Shown piece by piece: positions 13,932 through 26,343 of a stretch of DNA of 32,477 nucleotides. The translations under genes and the position numbers were made by a program. This stretch comes from Jimgerdemannia flammicorona (Eukaryota). Under the pieces are notes generated by a model, which had not been told where the DNA came from, searched no databases, and saw only the letters and a list, made by a program, of their open reading frames with translations. Every line of letters begins with the position of its first letter. Within the stretch, counting starts at the first letter, position 1. The stretch covers positions 1 to 32,477 of the forward strand of contig RBNJ01000345.1 in assembly GCA_003990765.1 (NCBI GenBank). Direction: 5' to 3'.

Positions 13932-16900
13932 ATGAATAGTATAACTAGAATTTTATCTTTAAACATCAATGAGTCATGGAGTATAATGAGGTATCAGAAT
14001 ATTTTTAGCTAGTTAAAGGGGCTAGATGTAGATCTGTTTCTACTACAGGATATTGGATGTAATGTAGACTTAAATGTGCTAGACTGAACAAGAGAATAGG
14101 GTAGAGCAGCTGTTTGGTAGAGCTGGGTGGACATTTTGGTTAAGAAGGATAAAGGAGATATTAGTGATATTGAATATTGGAGAGACAGGGTGATATGGGG
14201 GGTATGGCAGAGACCAGGCTGGAGCCCCTTGATTATTGGGTCTTGTTATTGTCTAGTGGAAAGAGGAGAGTAAGTAGAATGGATAAGAGAACTTTGAGAT
14301 ACAGAGATACTGGTAGAGGTGGAAATTGACTGTTTAGGCAGAGACTTTAATATAATTTGAGATAGGCTACTAGACAGAACTGATAGAGAGAGAGAAATGA
14401 CTAGTAGGAGTAGAGGTATTGAAGATTGAGAGGAGATTAAAAGATTGAGCTCTTTGGTAGATACTGGGTAACTTGGATGAGGGGATCATAGAATCTATAC
14501 TCACTAGATAGTAGAGTTGAGCTTGAGAATTGACTGGATCTTAACTGCAAAGTGCTGAAGTGAGGATGTCTAGAGTCCTCTGGAGACAATTTGGTACCTA
14601 TGGTCTGACCATTGGAGTCTGCTTGGTTGTGGGAGGTTTGAGAGAAGTAGAGAGAGACCTGGACATTAGTACCTCAATATCTCATTGCTGGGAGAGTTCT
14701 CATTGTGAGATGTATAGATGGTGGACATAAGTGTCAGGATTCTTGGCTGAAGAGTGAGGGGACTGGAGATCAGGAACTGATAGAGCTATTTGAAATCAGA
14801 TACTCAGAAGTTCTGGGGAGAGATAGGGAAGATGAGGGGCAATAAGAGAAGGAAGTAACTAAGATGGGCCTCTTAGAGATTGGAGAAGCTACTGATGGTC
14901 TGGGCCAATCTTCTGAACAATGGGGAGAAGGAAGACTAGAGGGTTCATCAGGCCTGGCTTGAGGTGGAGGAGCTAAAAAGAATGCTAAAGTAGGAAGAAG
15001 ACTTATAAATAAAGAGTATAGTAGTCCAGTTGAGATAGCAGAGCATAGAAGAGGGAGAGTAGCCCACAAAGTTCTTGTTAAGACTTCTTTAAGTAAGGAG
15101 GGTGAGACAATAGTGAGAGATAGTATTGTATAAGGCAGGAGAGATAGTGGTTGAAACTCTGGAGATCCTAGACCAGTTGAGCTCAAGGTGAGAACATTTA
15201 TGAAATAAGAAGAAGAGTGAGAAAGATGATCTGGACATTGAATGATATCTAGAGGACTGGTATCCAGACTCAGCAGAGGGCCTAGGGGACTTTAGAGCTT
15301 CTATCCAGAGAGGGAATATTTGTAGAGTTTTGGTAATAACTAGTCTTGGGAAAGCTTCTGGAGAGGATAGGCTGTCTTGAGATTTCTGGAAGAAGATGGT
15401 GAGTGTGGAATTGACTCTAGAGGAAATAATGTAAATGTGCAATAAGATTATTAGATCAGAAGAGTGAATTGGGAAACAGAGACTAGAATTGATAGCTCTG
15501 TTGTATAAGAACAAGAGAAGACAAGAGGAATGGAAAAATTAGAGGCTGATCATACTTTTGGATATAGATTATAAGCTGGTTATGAAGATACTGATAGGAA
15601 GGCTGCAAGGAGTGGTATAGCAGATATTGGGGGCTGAATAGAGAGACTTTATTAGGAGATATTTAATAAGAGATAAGACAGCTTAGGTGTATAGAGTTAT
15701 CAAAGAAGCATGGGCTATAGGGATCAATAATTGGCTAGTCTTTCTGAACCAGAAGAAGGCATATAAAGGGTCTAGCAAGTATGGCTGATAGGGGTGTTGA
15801 AGTATGTAGAGATTCTCTTAGAGTTCTGAAGATCATTGATCAGGCTACTAGAGGAAAGTCAGGCAGTGATATTAGTAAATAGATATAGAGGGGTTTTATT
15901 TTCTCTAGGCAGAGAAGTGCTATAAGAAAATCTGCTATCACTAATCCTCTATACCCTCTCTCTAGAGTCTCTACTGGATAGGATTAGGTATAAGGTAAGA
16001 TGGTTAAATATTCTTAGAGTGAACTAGAAGATAGAAGTCTTTGCAATAATATGGTGGTTAGGCTGGGCTCTGTAGAAGATATGTATGACTGTACTGAAGA
16101 GAGCTATGGAATGGTATGAGGAATATATCAGTACTAAGCTGAACTAGCATAAGTATGAGACCCTGGTATTAGAAGGAGAAATAGTAGAGAGAGATATGAT
16201 TGGATCAGTAGTTTTAGCAGAAGAGGTAGTCTACTATCTAGAAATCTACTTCTCAGTATATAGGTCTCTGCTACCTCAAGAATAGTGAGAGCAGTGATTA
16301 GTAGAGTGAGGAAATACTCTCCTGGGGTGGAGTGACTGATACATCTCTCTAGCTAAAAGAGTAATAGTGCTGAATGTATACTGAATACCCAAGCTATAGT
16401 ATCTGAAGTATCACTTGGATTTTCTGGTATAGATGGTCAAGAGACTATTGAAGATGGTCAAGATCTGAATATGGGTAGAATAGTGGAGTCAGATAGGCTG
16501 AGAGGTGATACATAACATTGCTAGTAAAATAGAAGAGACTAAATTTGGTAGACTCTGTCAAGTATCTACATTACTTGAGAGCATGGTAGTTGAAGTAAGC
16601 TAGTATATTGAGGGGCTGTGAGTAGATGCCACTTATGCAGAGAGTATGAGAGATGCAGTTTTCTCTCTATAGTATATCTGGTGATCTGTTTTCTCTAGTA
16701 GTATTAGAGAGATACCAGAAGATGTACTTTAGGGATTTCTGGTAGAGAGTGATTGATGGTATATATTGAATTGATATCAGATAGTAGAGCAATAAAGAAG
16801 AGACTAACTGAGGACCCAGGATATAGAGGTGGGATTACCTTCTGCTAGAAGGTACACTGATGGATAATTTTAGTCTAAAGGATAGTATGAAGTATCTTTG

Positions 16901-17643
16901 GAAGTATGGGTAAGATATATAGTCTATGGCTTAGTAAGAGATAGAGATCAATGAGAAGTGAGATTAGAATAAAGTATAGTTATAGAGCCAGTAGGTGGCA
17001 TAATAGATTCTCTCCAAGTTTTGGATAATATAGTGAATGCTTTTATAGCAAAATATGATGTTGAACTATCAGTCAGAATATTAGATAGAGGGAGAAATAT
17101 TGGAGTATGAAGAGTGCTTTGATGTCAGACAGAAGAGTGAGATAGTGCAGATCTCAGAGTATTGGTTAGAGAAGTGTGAAATAATGAAAGACTTTTGGAG
17201 AGTAATTAAGGGCCTTTTGGAGATCTGTCCACCAGGACTTATAGTGGGAAGAGATAGGGGGAGCTACAGAGGAGACTAGTGAGAGAGGTTAGAGATAAGT
17301 GGTTAACTCTTGGGTGGATGCTAGCTATTTGGGTTAAATCTGCCAAATATTGACTATATGTATATATGTATTCAAGAAGAATTAGCAGTTAGTACTTGAG
17401 TTATAGGTCATAAGATGAGAGTGGATGATATTGGATCTATTGAATAACTGGTGGAAGGGGTGGGGCTTTAGAGGAGGGCCCTATAGAAGACTGGTGGAAA
17501 AAATATATAGATAGAGTAGAAGGAGAATTGGAGTGACTGGGGGAATAGTGGTGTTCTGGAGAGATGGAGAAGAGGGAGAGGAGGGCTCTAGGAGAATTAG
17601 ATAAAAGAGAGAGTGGGGGTCTGTAATAGTACATATAACATAG
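13932..17643 (+). pseudogene. LINE ORF2 (APE endonuclease, reverse transcriptase, C-terminal Cys/His knuckle)
   Basis: RILSLNIN (~13950), LFLLQD, CLGRDFN (~14330), RIDWIL, WSDH (~14600), KASGEDRL (~15350), WKN*RLIILLDIDYK (~15530), FLNQKKAY (~15740), REVL*ENLLSLILY (GVRQGDPLSP-like, ~15910), C...C...FW (~17115-17200). Confidence 0.9.
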
Positions 17644-17799
17644 ACTAGTATTCAGGATAATAAAGTGGAAATCTAAGTGACTATAATATATATATATATA
17701 TTATTATTCAAAATTTAAGAAAGAGTAAATCAATAAAAACTATATATAATAAGTATTAATAGTAGTAAAAGTAATAGAGGGTTTTTTTAAAAGAATATA

Positions 17800-18054
17800 A
17801 TATATATTAAAATTTATTAATTATAGTACTATATATCTTCTTATATACTTTATTAATAAGATAGTAGATTCTTTACTAAAGTCTTATTTATACTCTTTTT
17901 GTTAAGTTATACTTATAAGCAAATATATAATTATCTTTGAGATCATCAAGTTTAGAGTAAGATATAAATAGATAATCTAATTAATATTATAATTATTAAT
18001 CTTACTATCTTTAAGATTTAGAGATTATTAAGTAAGAAATTTATATATGTATAC
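17800..18054 (-). pseudogene. tnpB: Fanzor2/TnpB element 2, middle segment (between the LINE and the gypsy LTR)
   Basis: Minus strand: V...FLT**SL (VRTFLTW.SP), INNYNIN*II.L, LDDL, RV*IRL**RIYYLINKVYKK (RIxxLIDEVHKK), VL*L..FN. Colinear with 4091-4330 of element 1. Confidence 0.75.
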
Positions 18055-19605
18055 TGTCATGTAGTAGTCACTGAGTCCTTCAAATATATTAGATTCTCTT
18101 CAAGGTATATCTCTTAAACTAACTCAAGTTTGTTATAAGCAAGTTCTTATTAGAGTACCTTTCCAAGGTCTTATAGTCCTCAAACTTCTTATCTTTAAAC
18201 TATCTTATTATCTCTTTGCTTGCTTGTAAGGAATTGTATATGTAAACCAGAACTGACTTTATTTCAGAGGAAATAAGAGGGGTATTTATACAAAATATAA
18301 TTCAATAGTTGCTAAGATATAAAGCTAAATATAAATTCCAATAACTAAAATAAAATGCCAGAACATGGAGAACTGCTAAGTTTAAGTATTGGCACAGATG
18401 GTTATATAGATCCAGGATACTGGTATAATTTCAGTGATACAGGAAAATAGTGCTGGAATAATTCTGAGTCACATCAAAATGCTAGTAGTGGAACAGCTGT
18501 TATACAGAAAAAGAGTGCTGGCATAATTTGGTGTAACCAAGGAACTTAGAGCAGAATGTTCAAGACCATAGGGGCTTCATCCTCATCTGAGGTCAGAATG
18601 TCTTTGAAAGAGATGAGGTCTGTAAATTTGTCATTGTCACATAGGTTGCACATTTCATATATATCGCACAGGATGACATCATCACTAATGATGTCATCAC
18701 ATTCAGTGGCAGCAGAAACAAGGAGGTCTGGAGCTCTCCAGTCTATGAGATTCTCTTTCATGAAATAGGAAACAAATGTGGGATCTTGAGGAGGTCTAAC
18801 CTGGATGCTTAGGCCTTGGAATACTGAGATCAATCCTTACAGGAATTGGTCTGAGTTGTCCTGGAGGATGGGATGCCAGAAGTCTTCTACTTCATCACTA
18901 TTGAGAGTAATAGTGGACTGGGCTTCTGTAGCCACTCTGGCTTCTAATATATTGATATGGTGGGCTGACAGATCTCTAAAATCTGAGACTCTAACATACT
19001 CCAAGTTGAGGATTAACCATGGTACATGCCTGAAGATCTGGTGAATCTTCTTAGCTATCCTTATCTCATATATATCCATGAGAATGATATCTTGTAATTC
19101 TTGAGGGCTGGTCTGTGGGAACTCCTGGCAGAGGAGGTTTCCTATTTTGTACTCCTGCCATATTTGGAGGTATTTGGTAGATCCTTGTTTCCATTTTATA
19201 GTAGTAGAGAATGTAATGATAAGAGTCACCAGTATACAGATTAACACTAGGAGTCCTTCTTGTATAGATCTTCATAACTCTTCTGATGTCTTGAAACATC
19301 CTTTCTTTGACTGAGGTGTCTTGGTAGTTCCTTGATCTTGAGGTTTGGCAAGCAGCAGGCATTTCATTTGTGGTAAGTCTTTGAGCTATTTTGGGATTGG
19401 TAGATCTTATTGAGTTGCTGCTACTGTGGTTCCTTGATCCTTCTTTTATATTTCTTAAGATACTCATACTGTGGTCACAATAACTCACAGTTGGTCATCA
19501 TTACTTATCTTGTATGCTATATAATCTTCTTGTGCTTCAATCTAGTGACTTGTAAGGAAAGGCTGTCTCCTATACTGATGTTATCATTCTGGGATCACCA
19601 TTACA
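18055..19605 (-). repeat. 3' LTR of element A (1551 bp)
   Basis: Plus-strand termini TGTCAT...ATTACA. Preceded on the minus strand by the purine tract AGAAGGAAGA. TATAAATA (18290-18283) and AATAAA (18263-18258) on the minus strand. Colinear with the second copy. Confidence 0.85.
18546..19488 (-). pseudogene. ORF of unknown function inside the LTR U3 region (~270-315 aa)
   Basis: Track ORFs 19488-19066, 19247-18837 and 18833-18546 join into one frame once the 8 bp present in the other LTR (32136-32143) are restored and one TAA is read through. Confidence 0.65.
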
Positions 19606-19615
19606 TCTTCCTTCT
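19606..19615 (-). other. Polypurine tract of element A
   Basis: AGAAGGAAGA directly before TGTAAT on the minus strand. Confidence 0.7.
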
Positions 19616-19651
19616 GAATAAGGATCTTCTTGAGTGTCCTTATTCATTAGT

Positions 19652-19958
19652 TCAGTTCTGAAAAATTTGCTGATCCCATAACCTCTGGCAAGGGGTCAAA
19701 AAGTGGTATTTATGGGCTAGCATCTTCTCTATATATTTTGGCATAATGGTGAAGGGGTCACTCCCTTCATATAGAGTAAGGGCCTGATTCTAATCTTGAC
19801 TAATCAGTTGATGGTTTGAACTCCTCTGGCTTTGAAAGTCTTATGGATAAGTAGTTGCAGGTGCTGTATTCCTTAGAGAATAGTCCAGACAGATATCCTG
19901 CTGGTCACAGGATATGCTGTTACAATTTGCAGACTAGAACCTTACAGGTGGTCATCAT
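19652..19958 (-). pseudogene. Small accessory ORF between integrase and PPT (element A)
   Basis: AGYLSGLF...EEFKP../..LYEGSDPFTIMPKYIEKMLAHKYHF with one frameshift. Similar to 30755-31018. May instead be a C-terminal extension of integrase. Confidence 0.5.
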
Positions 19959-21167
19959 ATTTTGCTTCTCTTGTATAGGTTCATGGTACTTCTTGAGTCT
20001 GTTCTTATATACCATGGTAGGTAGTATAGTCTCTGAGATTTTTCTAAGCCAGAAGGTAGTTCTCTTGATATCTTGTATATAGAAGGGTCTTTTCCATTTG
20101 GGCTCCAGTTTTCACAACTATAAGGTTTCTATCATATTTTGATACAGTAGGACCTTTTCTTCAATTTGGATGGGTTCTAGAGTCTTGTGATTCTTTTCTG
20201 CATTCTTCTTTATCAGCGCTTGTGACTTGATGATGTAATCTTCAGCCTTCTTCCTGATTTGGTATAGCCTCCAGATTTCTGCATCAACCTGTCTCCAAGT
20301 TAGGTCTAGATTTGTAGCTAAGGTTCTATCAGAATCTTCTTCTCCAAAGAGCAGTTCTCTTGGGGTAAAGTGTATACTCTGTGACCATATGTATCATAGG
20401 ACAGAGAGGGTGGTTGGGAGGGAGTTATCCCAATTCTCATATGTATCTGAGATCTTTGCCAGGATGTTCTTGAGGGTCTTGTTGGTTCTCTCTATCTGTC
20501 CATTTCCTTAAGAGTGGTATATAGTAGTTTTGATGTGTTGAATCTTATATTTCTGATACATTATCTTATAGAATCCATTGACAAATTCTGTGCCATGGTC
20601 TGTGGTAATTTGTTTCAGTGTCTTGTAGTGGCAGATGATTTCTTAGTACAGGAAGTTGGCTATAGAGAGGGCATTGGCTTCTTATAATGCTCCTGCTTCT
20701 ATCTATTTGGTAAAGAGGTCTATAATAACTATAATATAGCAGTTTCCTAATAGTGTTACTAGTAGTGGCTCAATGATATCTATTACAATGTAGTGGAAGG
20801 GGATAGGCTCAATTCTTGATGACCTAAGTGCCTGGTCTTGCTGATCTTATCTCTGTTTTTGGTACTTGTCACACCCTTTGACAAATTGGCACAGGTCTTT
20901 TTCCATTTTGGGCCACCACATGGTTCTTCTTGTCTTGTTATATATGTTAGCTCCTCCTAGGTGTCCTTGTTTATGTACTTCCTTCATTACTTGATACTTT
21001 TTGTGTTCAGGTATTACAAGCTTTCCTCCTTTTCTGAGTATGGTATTGTCTAGTTCAAACTGTTTCCAAGTTCAGTTGATAATAGTGATTGTCCAGAGTT
21101 TGAGGTAGTTGGACATATTCTGCTGCCCAAGGTAGCTGATTAATCCATAGTATAACTCCTTATTCAT
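19920..21167 (-). pseudogene. Integrase of element A, in a separate frame from RT-RNase H
   Basis: MNKELYYGLISYL.., HHCC region (VHKQGHLGG..WWPKM..CDKYQ), IVIDII, ITTDHGTEF, YHS*GNGQIERTN, KLEPKWK.PF. Confidence 0.88.
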
Positions 21168-24100
21168 GTTGAATAGTCTTGATGAGAGTATTTTGAGGTA
21201 TCCTTGAGAGTGTATCAGTATTGATATTGGTTCTTCCTAAGTAGTGCTTGACAGTACAGTCATACTCTTACAGCTTTTAGATCCATCTGGTATATATTCC
21301 TTTGGAGTTCAGAGTGTGGAATAGCCAGACAAGAGCAGAATAGTCTGTTTGAATAGTGAAGTATTTCCCAGCTAGATAGTAGTGGAACTTGTCTATGGCC
21401 CAAACTACTGCTAAACATTCAAGCTTGCATGACTCATAGTTCTGATCTGCTCTGTAGATACCTCAGCTTATATAGGAGATGACATATTCATGTCTATCTT
21501 TCTTCTGAGCTAGGACTGCTCCAAGTCCTATGGTACTTGCATCTGTCTACAGGATGAACTCTAGGTTCCAATCTGGTCTTCTAAGGATAGGTACTTGGGT
21601 CAATCTGGTCTTAAGTTTATTGAAGGTTTCTTGGTATTTCTTGGTCCATTCAAATTTGGTTTCCTTCTTCAGTAGCTTATAGATAGGTACTGTAATTTTG
21701 GAGTATCCTTTGATAAATCTTCTGTAGTAGCTGGCCAGTCCAAGGAAGGCATAGACTTCTGTGGTTGTTCTGGGTCTCAGATAGGCTGCAATAGCCTCAA
21801 TCTTCATGAAGTTTGTATAGATTCTGGTCTGATTGATGAGGTGTCCTAGGTAGGTAATTTCCTGAGCTATAAACTTACATTTCTTGAGCTTGATATAGAG
21901 GCCATACTCCTTGAGCTTCTTGAGAGCTAGCTATATATGGTTGATATGTTCCTGTGTAGTATTGCTGAAGATGATCACATTATTAACATAGATAAAGAGC
22001 CATTTTCCAATCTCATTGCTAAAAACTCTGTTCATCATTCACTGAAAACTTGCTAGAGTATTGTACATTCCAAATGGCATTTGCAGGTAGATATAAGTGG
22101 CATCAGGTGTGATGAAGGCTGATTTCTCACTGGTATCTTGAGTGAGACCAATCTGATGGAAGTCTGAGAACAGATCCAAGGTAGTGTAGTATTTGGCTTC
22201 ACTTCTAAGAGTGGTAAGGATTTTTTAAATATTTGGTAAGAGCTGCCTATCCTTCTTAGTGATTGCATTGAGCTTCCTATAGTTAATGTAGAGTCTTAGT
22301 ACAAACTCTCCAGACTTACTTCTTTTCTTTGGGGTGAGGACAATAGGTGAAGTCCAGGGACTGATAGCTTGCTTGATGATTCTGGCTTCTTCTATTTCCT
22401 TGAGTTCTGCTCATAGCCATTCTTTGTAGGCAGGTGGTATAGGTCTGGCTTTCTGATAGATGGGCTTGATATCACTAGTGTCAACTTTGTAGTAGTACTT
22501 GGGTTCTTGATTGTAGATATCCCTGAAGTCTGTAGTAAGTACTCCTTCATTCTGATACAGGATCTTGAGAAGTTGTTCTTTCAGGGGAAAGTTTTCTCCA
22601 ATGATATATATGTGCTTGTTCTGGTCCTTGTCTTTCTTGTACTCAAGTTTGGTAATCTTGATAGCAGTATAGACACTTTTTCCAGTAGATCCAAAGCCTT
22701 GTTCTCTTCTCAGTCTTGATGAGTTTGATGGCTTCAGTGATCTTGGGCTTCTTGATTTCATAGATCAGCATCTGGTTAATCCTGTCATACTTCTTGACTT
22801 CAAATAGGGTGGTGGAGTTGTGATTCCTAACTATGAGGAAGATCTCACCAGTGTAATCAGGGTTAATTACTCCTCCTTCAACTGAGATTTCACTTTTGGC
22901 CAGACTGCTCCTGATCTTGATAATTCTGATATGGTTCTCTGGCAGCTTGACTCCAATTTCAGTATCAAGTAGGGTGGTGGTCTGTGGTTTAAGGGTAGCA
23001 TCTTGAATGCTGGCAAGGTCTATTCCTATGGCTTCTTCAGTCTTATATTCTGGGATCTTAGCTTCAGGGTAAAACTTCTTGACCTTGAGGGTGATGTCTG
23101 GTTCTTATTCCTCCTCATTATCACTGTTAGCTTGAAGCTTGGGGGGCTGGTCATCTTCTTCAGCTTTCCTTTTTGCTTCAGTGGCTTCTTGCTCATACTT
23201 CTGTTGACAGATTTTCCTGGCTTCATTGATACAGGACCAGCAGTCATTTAGGTGTTCAGAGCAGTACATCCTAGTACCATAGGGGTATCTTCCTTGAGAG
23301 GCATAGTCATCAATGATCTTGGTATACTACTGCTCATCTGTGAGCTTAGGTGTCTTGTTCTTATTCTTATTCTTATTCATCTAGTGCATGAAGACTTCTG
23401 TATCCTCTTCATCTCCTTCCTCCATATTTGGTAAAACTCTCTTGTAGATATTGATGGAGACTCATACCTTTCTTCCTCTATAATTGATCTGCATCTTCTG
23501 GGTATTGAGGTCAATGATGGCCTTGGCCTTGTGAAGCTATTGGTTGTTAATGAGAATATCATAGTTAGTGGTACTTGTAACAATTATATCTACTGGGATA
23601 GTAGCTCCTCCTATCTTGATGGAGACTTCTCAGATTTTGCCAAGGGGGGTAGCTCATGTATTATCTACTGTGACATAGACCATCTTGGTGGACTCTTTAA
23701 TATTCCAGCCTAGGCAGTCAATTGCCTTCTTGCTCATAAGGCATCCTCTAGCATTGGTATCAATGATGGCATTAAAGATACAATCTTCAATCTGACATGA
23801 GATATAGGCTGATGTCTTGTACTGGTCTTTAGATTCTTTATCTGAGTTTTTGGATTCTTCCTGTACATTGTGAGCTTCTACAATTTTGTACTCTTGATTC
23901 TTGGTAGTAGTTGCAAGTCCTACTCTTAACTACTATCTGAAGGCAGGGACTTCAGCTAGCTGTCCAAAAGTAGCATTGACCTTCTGTTCTTTGAGGTCCT
24001 TATGGATATTATACTGGTAGATCTTGGTCTTATGCAGCTTCTGTTTTTTCTTGCTTTTCCTTCCTTCTGAGACTGGAGTAGTGTCTTTAATGATTTGGCA

Positions 24101-25279
24101 GGCAGCTTCATCTAACTCCATGTCTTGATCAATCTTCTTGGGTTGGGTCTTACTTTGGATAGTGATAGCTGGGGTCTTCTTTAGTCTTCCAACTGGCTTA
24201 CTATTGCTCTTCTTATCATAAGGCTTGGACTGGGTTCTGGTATCTTTAGTAGTAGGGTAGAATTCAAGCTTCTTGTAGTATTTTTCATCATCAGTATCAC
24301 TAATCTCCTCAATGACTACTGCATTGGTTTGTTCTCTGGTTCTGCTAGCATTGCTTGGTTGGGCTTTGCATCTTATTTTGATTATGCAATTCTTTGCATA
24401 GTGGCCTTCTTCTCTATATCTGAAGCATGTGATATTACATTCTTCTGTAATAGCTGCAAATCTCTGCACTAGTCTCCTGTTGGTGCTTTGGACTTCTCTA
24501 ACAATATTACCAAGGTGTGCAGTCATCTCAGTGAACTGCTTGGCAAGTTTCTCCACTGGATCAGCTTTGGTTGCCTTGGAGGTAGGTGGGAATAGTTATC
24601 TGTTTACAACTGTGGTGAGTATAATACTAGTTGGCTTTGATGGCTCTATCTTGATATCAGTTATTTTCTCTATTAAGTATTCAGTATGGTATCTGGCAGT
24701 CCAATATCTCTGTGTAAAGACTACTTTCTGATCAAGGGTCAGTGCAGCTGGAGTAGACCAGATTACTAGGGTAATTTCAGAGTGAACTTCTTTGAGGAAG
24801 GTTGAATCTGCTATTTGTTCCTTGAGGGCATTATTGTAGCCAGTCAAGACATCTGATGACAGATTCAGATATAGAATGAGTTGGGATCTTCACTGAGTTC
24901 CTGGTAGATAGTATTGAGTTGATCCTTAAGAGCTTGCTTGATCTCTTCAGTATAGTATATTGTTCTGAGAAAGGCCTTCATGTTGGCAAGTTTGGCTGTA
25001 CTATTATCAGCAATAGTGGCTATATTGAACTTGTCTCTGGTAGATCCTCTGAGGCTAACTGATAGAAGGACCAATTGTATATCTACACCAAGGGTTCATA
25101 TAGTGGCAAATTGTTCAAAGTCTTTAATGAAGATCAGGATTGACTCTTCAGTAGTATATCCATAGAATGTGGGAAGACACATTTCTATCTTATCTTGAAT
25201 TCTTGCAGGGGTGACTCTTGTAGTCAGAGTAGTTATTGTAGTGGTTGTTTATTTTTCAGCTTAAAAGTGAGGGATTCAT
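21160..25279 (-). pseudogene. pol: gag-protease-dUTPase-RT-RNase H of element A
   Basis: Zinc knuckle CFRYREEGHYAKNC (~24390-24430), AIIDTNA (protease, ~23760), SPWTSPIV, LYINYRKLN, IYVNN (YVDD, ~21985), AFLGLASYYRRFI, TDAS..GLGAVL, KLECLAVVWA, DTLSR. Confidence 0.92.
22681..23090 (-). pseudogene. dut: dUTPase domain of element A (between PR and RT)
   Basis: LKVKKFYPEAKIPEYKTEEAIGIDL..IRSSLA..GGVINPDYTGEI..DRINQM..REQGFGSTG, corresponding to trimeric dUTPase motifs I-V. Confidence 0.9.
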
Positions 25280-25287
25280 CTTAAATC

Positions 25288-25305
25288 ACCAGCCAATGGG
25301 CACTA
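25288..25305 (-). other. Primer-binding-site-like sequence of element A
   Basis: TAGTGCCCATTGGCTGG (likely decayed TGGTGCCC...) 3 nt inside the LTR. Cognate tRNA not identified. Confidence 0.5.
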
Positions 25306-25308
25306 AGT

Positions 25309-25799
25309 TGTCATATAGTAGTTGCTGAGTTCTTCAAATATGTCAGATTCTCTTCAAGATATATCTCTTAGACTAACTCAAGTTTATTATAAGCAAGTTC
25401 TTATTGGAGTACCTTTCCAAGATCTTATAGTCCTCAAACTTCTTATCTTTAAACTATCTTGTTATCTCTTAGATTGCTTGCAAGGAATTATATATAAGTG
25501 AATTAGAACTAACTTTATTTTAAAGGAAATAAGAGAGATATTTATATAAAATATAATTCAATGGTTGCTAAGATATAAAGCTAAATATAAATTCCAATAA
25601 CTAAAATAAAATACTAGGATATGGAGAACTGCTAAGTTCCAGTGTCAGTATAGATGGTTGCACAGATTCAGAATACTGGTATAATTTCAGTGATATAGAA
25701 AAATAGTGCTGGAATAATTCTGAGTCACATCAAAATGCCAGTGGTGGAACAGCTGTTATATAGGAAAAGAGTGCTGGCATAATTCAGTATAACCAAGGG
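25309..25799 (-). repeat. 5' LTR of element A, part 1
   Basis: Colinear with 18055-18543. Confidence 0.92.
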
Positions 25800-26253
25800 T
25801 GTAACAATTTCACAGTTATATTTAGTCTTAGTATATTTTTACATCTTTTAGTTAGTCTTTTCTAGTTATTTCTTGAACATTCTACTATGTTCTGTCACCT
25901 TCTACTTACTTAGAAACCTTTTCTTTGTACCTAGATACCACTAGAACATTCTTGTCTTTTCTTGGTGCTAAGCATCTTATCTTAGCTAGTTATGGAACCT
26001 TTTGGAACATTGTAGAATAGTATTAGTCAGCTCTGCCAAGAACCTATTTCTTGGTATTTCTCTTTTTTTCCAAGATCCTTCTGGATCTTTCTTTCAGATC
26101 ATATATAAATATTCTTGTTCTCTGCCTAAATAAAACTCAGAATATTTTCTCTCTGAGAATACTTGAACCTTTAAGTAACTCTTCAAGCTACTTTAGGCCA
26201 ACTAGAACTTCCAGATTTAGCCACTTCCTCTTAAAGAAACTAGAATCATTACA
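25800..26253 (+). repeat. 5' LTR of element B
   Basis: TGTAAC...ATTACA, direct repeat of 31030-31493. Confidence 0.95.
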
Positions 26254-26255
26254 CT

Positions 26256-26269
26256 TGGTAGCAGTGGTG
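26256..26269 (+). other. Primer binding site (initiator tRNA-Met type)
   Basis: TGGTAGCAGTGGTG 2 nt after the LTR. TGGTAGC is complementary to the 3' end of eukaryotic tRNA-iMet. Confidence 0.75.
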
Positions 26270-26343
26270 TTATTACACCTTACCTTATTAAGAAACCTCA
26301 CACAAATCCAGAAACCAGTCACAACTAGTTACACAAACCCAAA

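Larger units (their letters stand above)
12000..17790 (+). mobile_element. Near-full-length, degenerate L1/Tx1-like non-LTR retrotransposon inserted in Fanzor element 2
   Basis: ORF1-like region followed by APE-RT-CCHC ORF2 and an AT-rich tail. Fanzor coding sequence resumes in register on both sides. Ends are approximate. Confidence 0.85.

Noticed and set aside
12689..17634. Minus-strand Ser/Leu-rich ORFs within the LINE
   Set aside because: By-products of the purine-rich plus strand of the decayed LINE.
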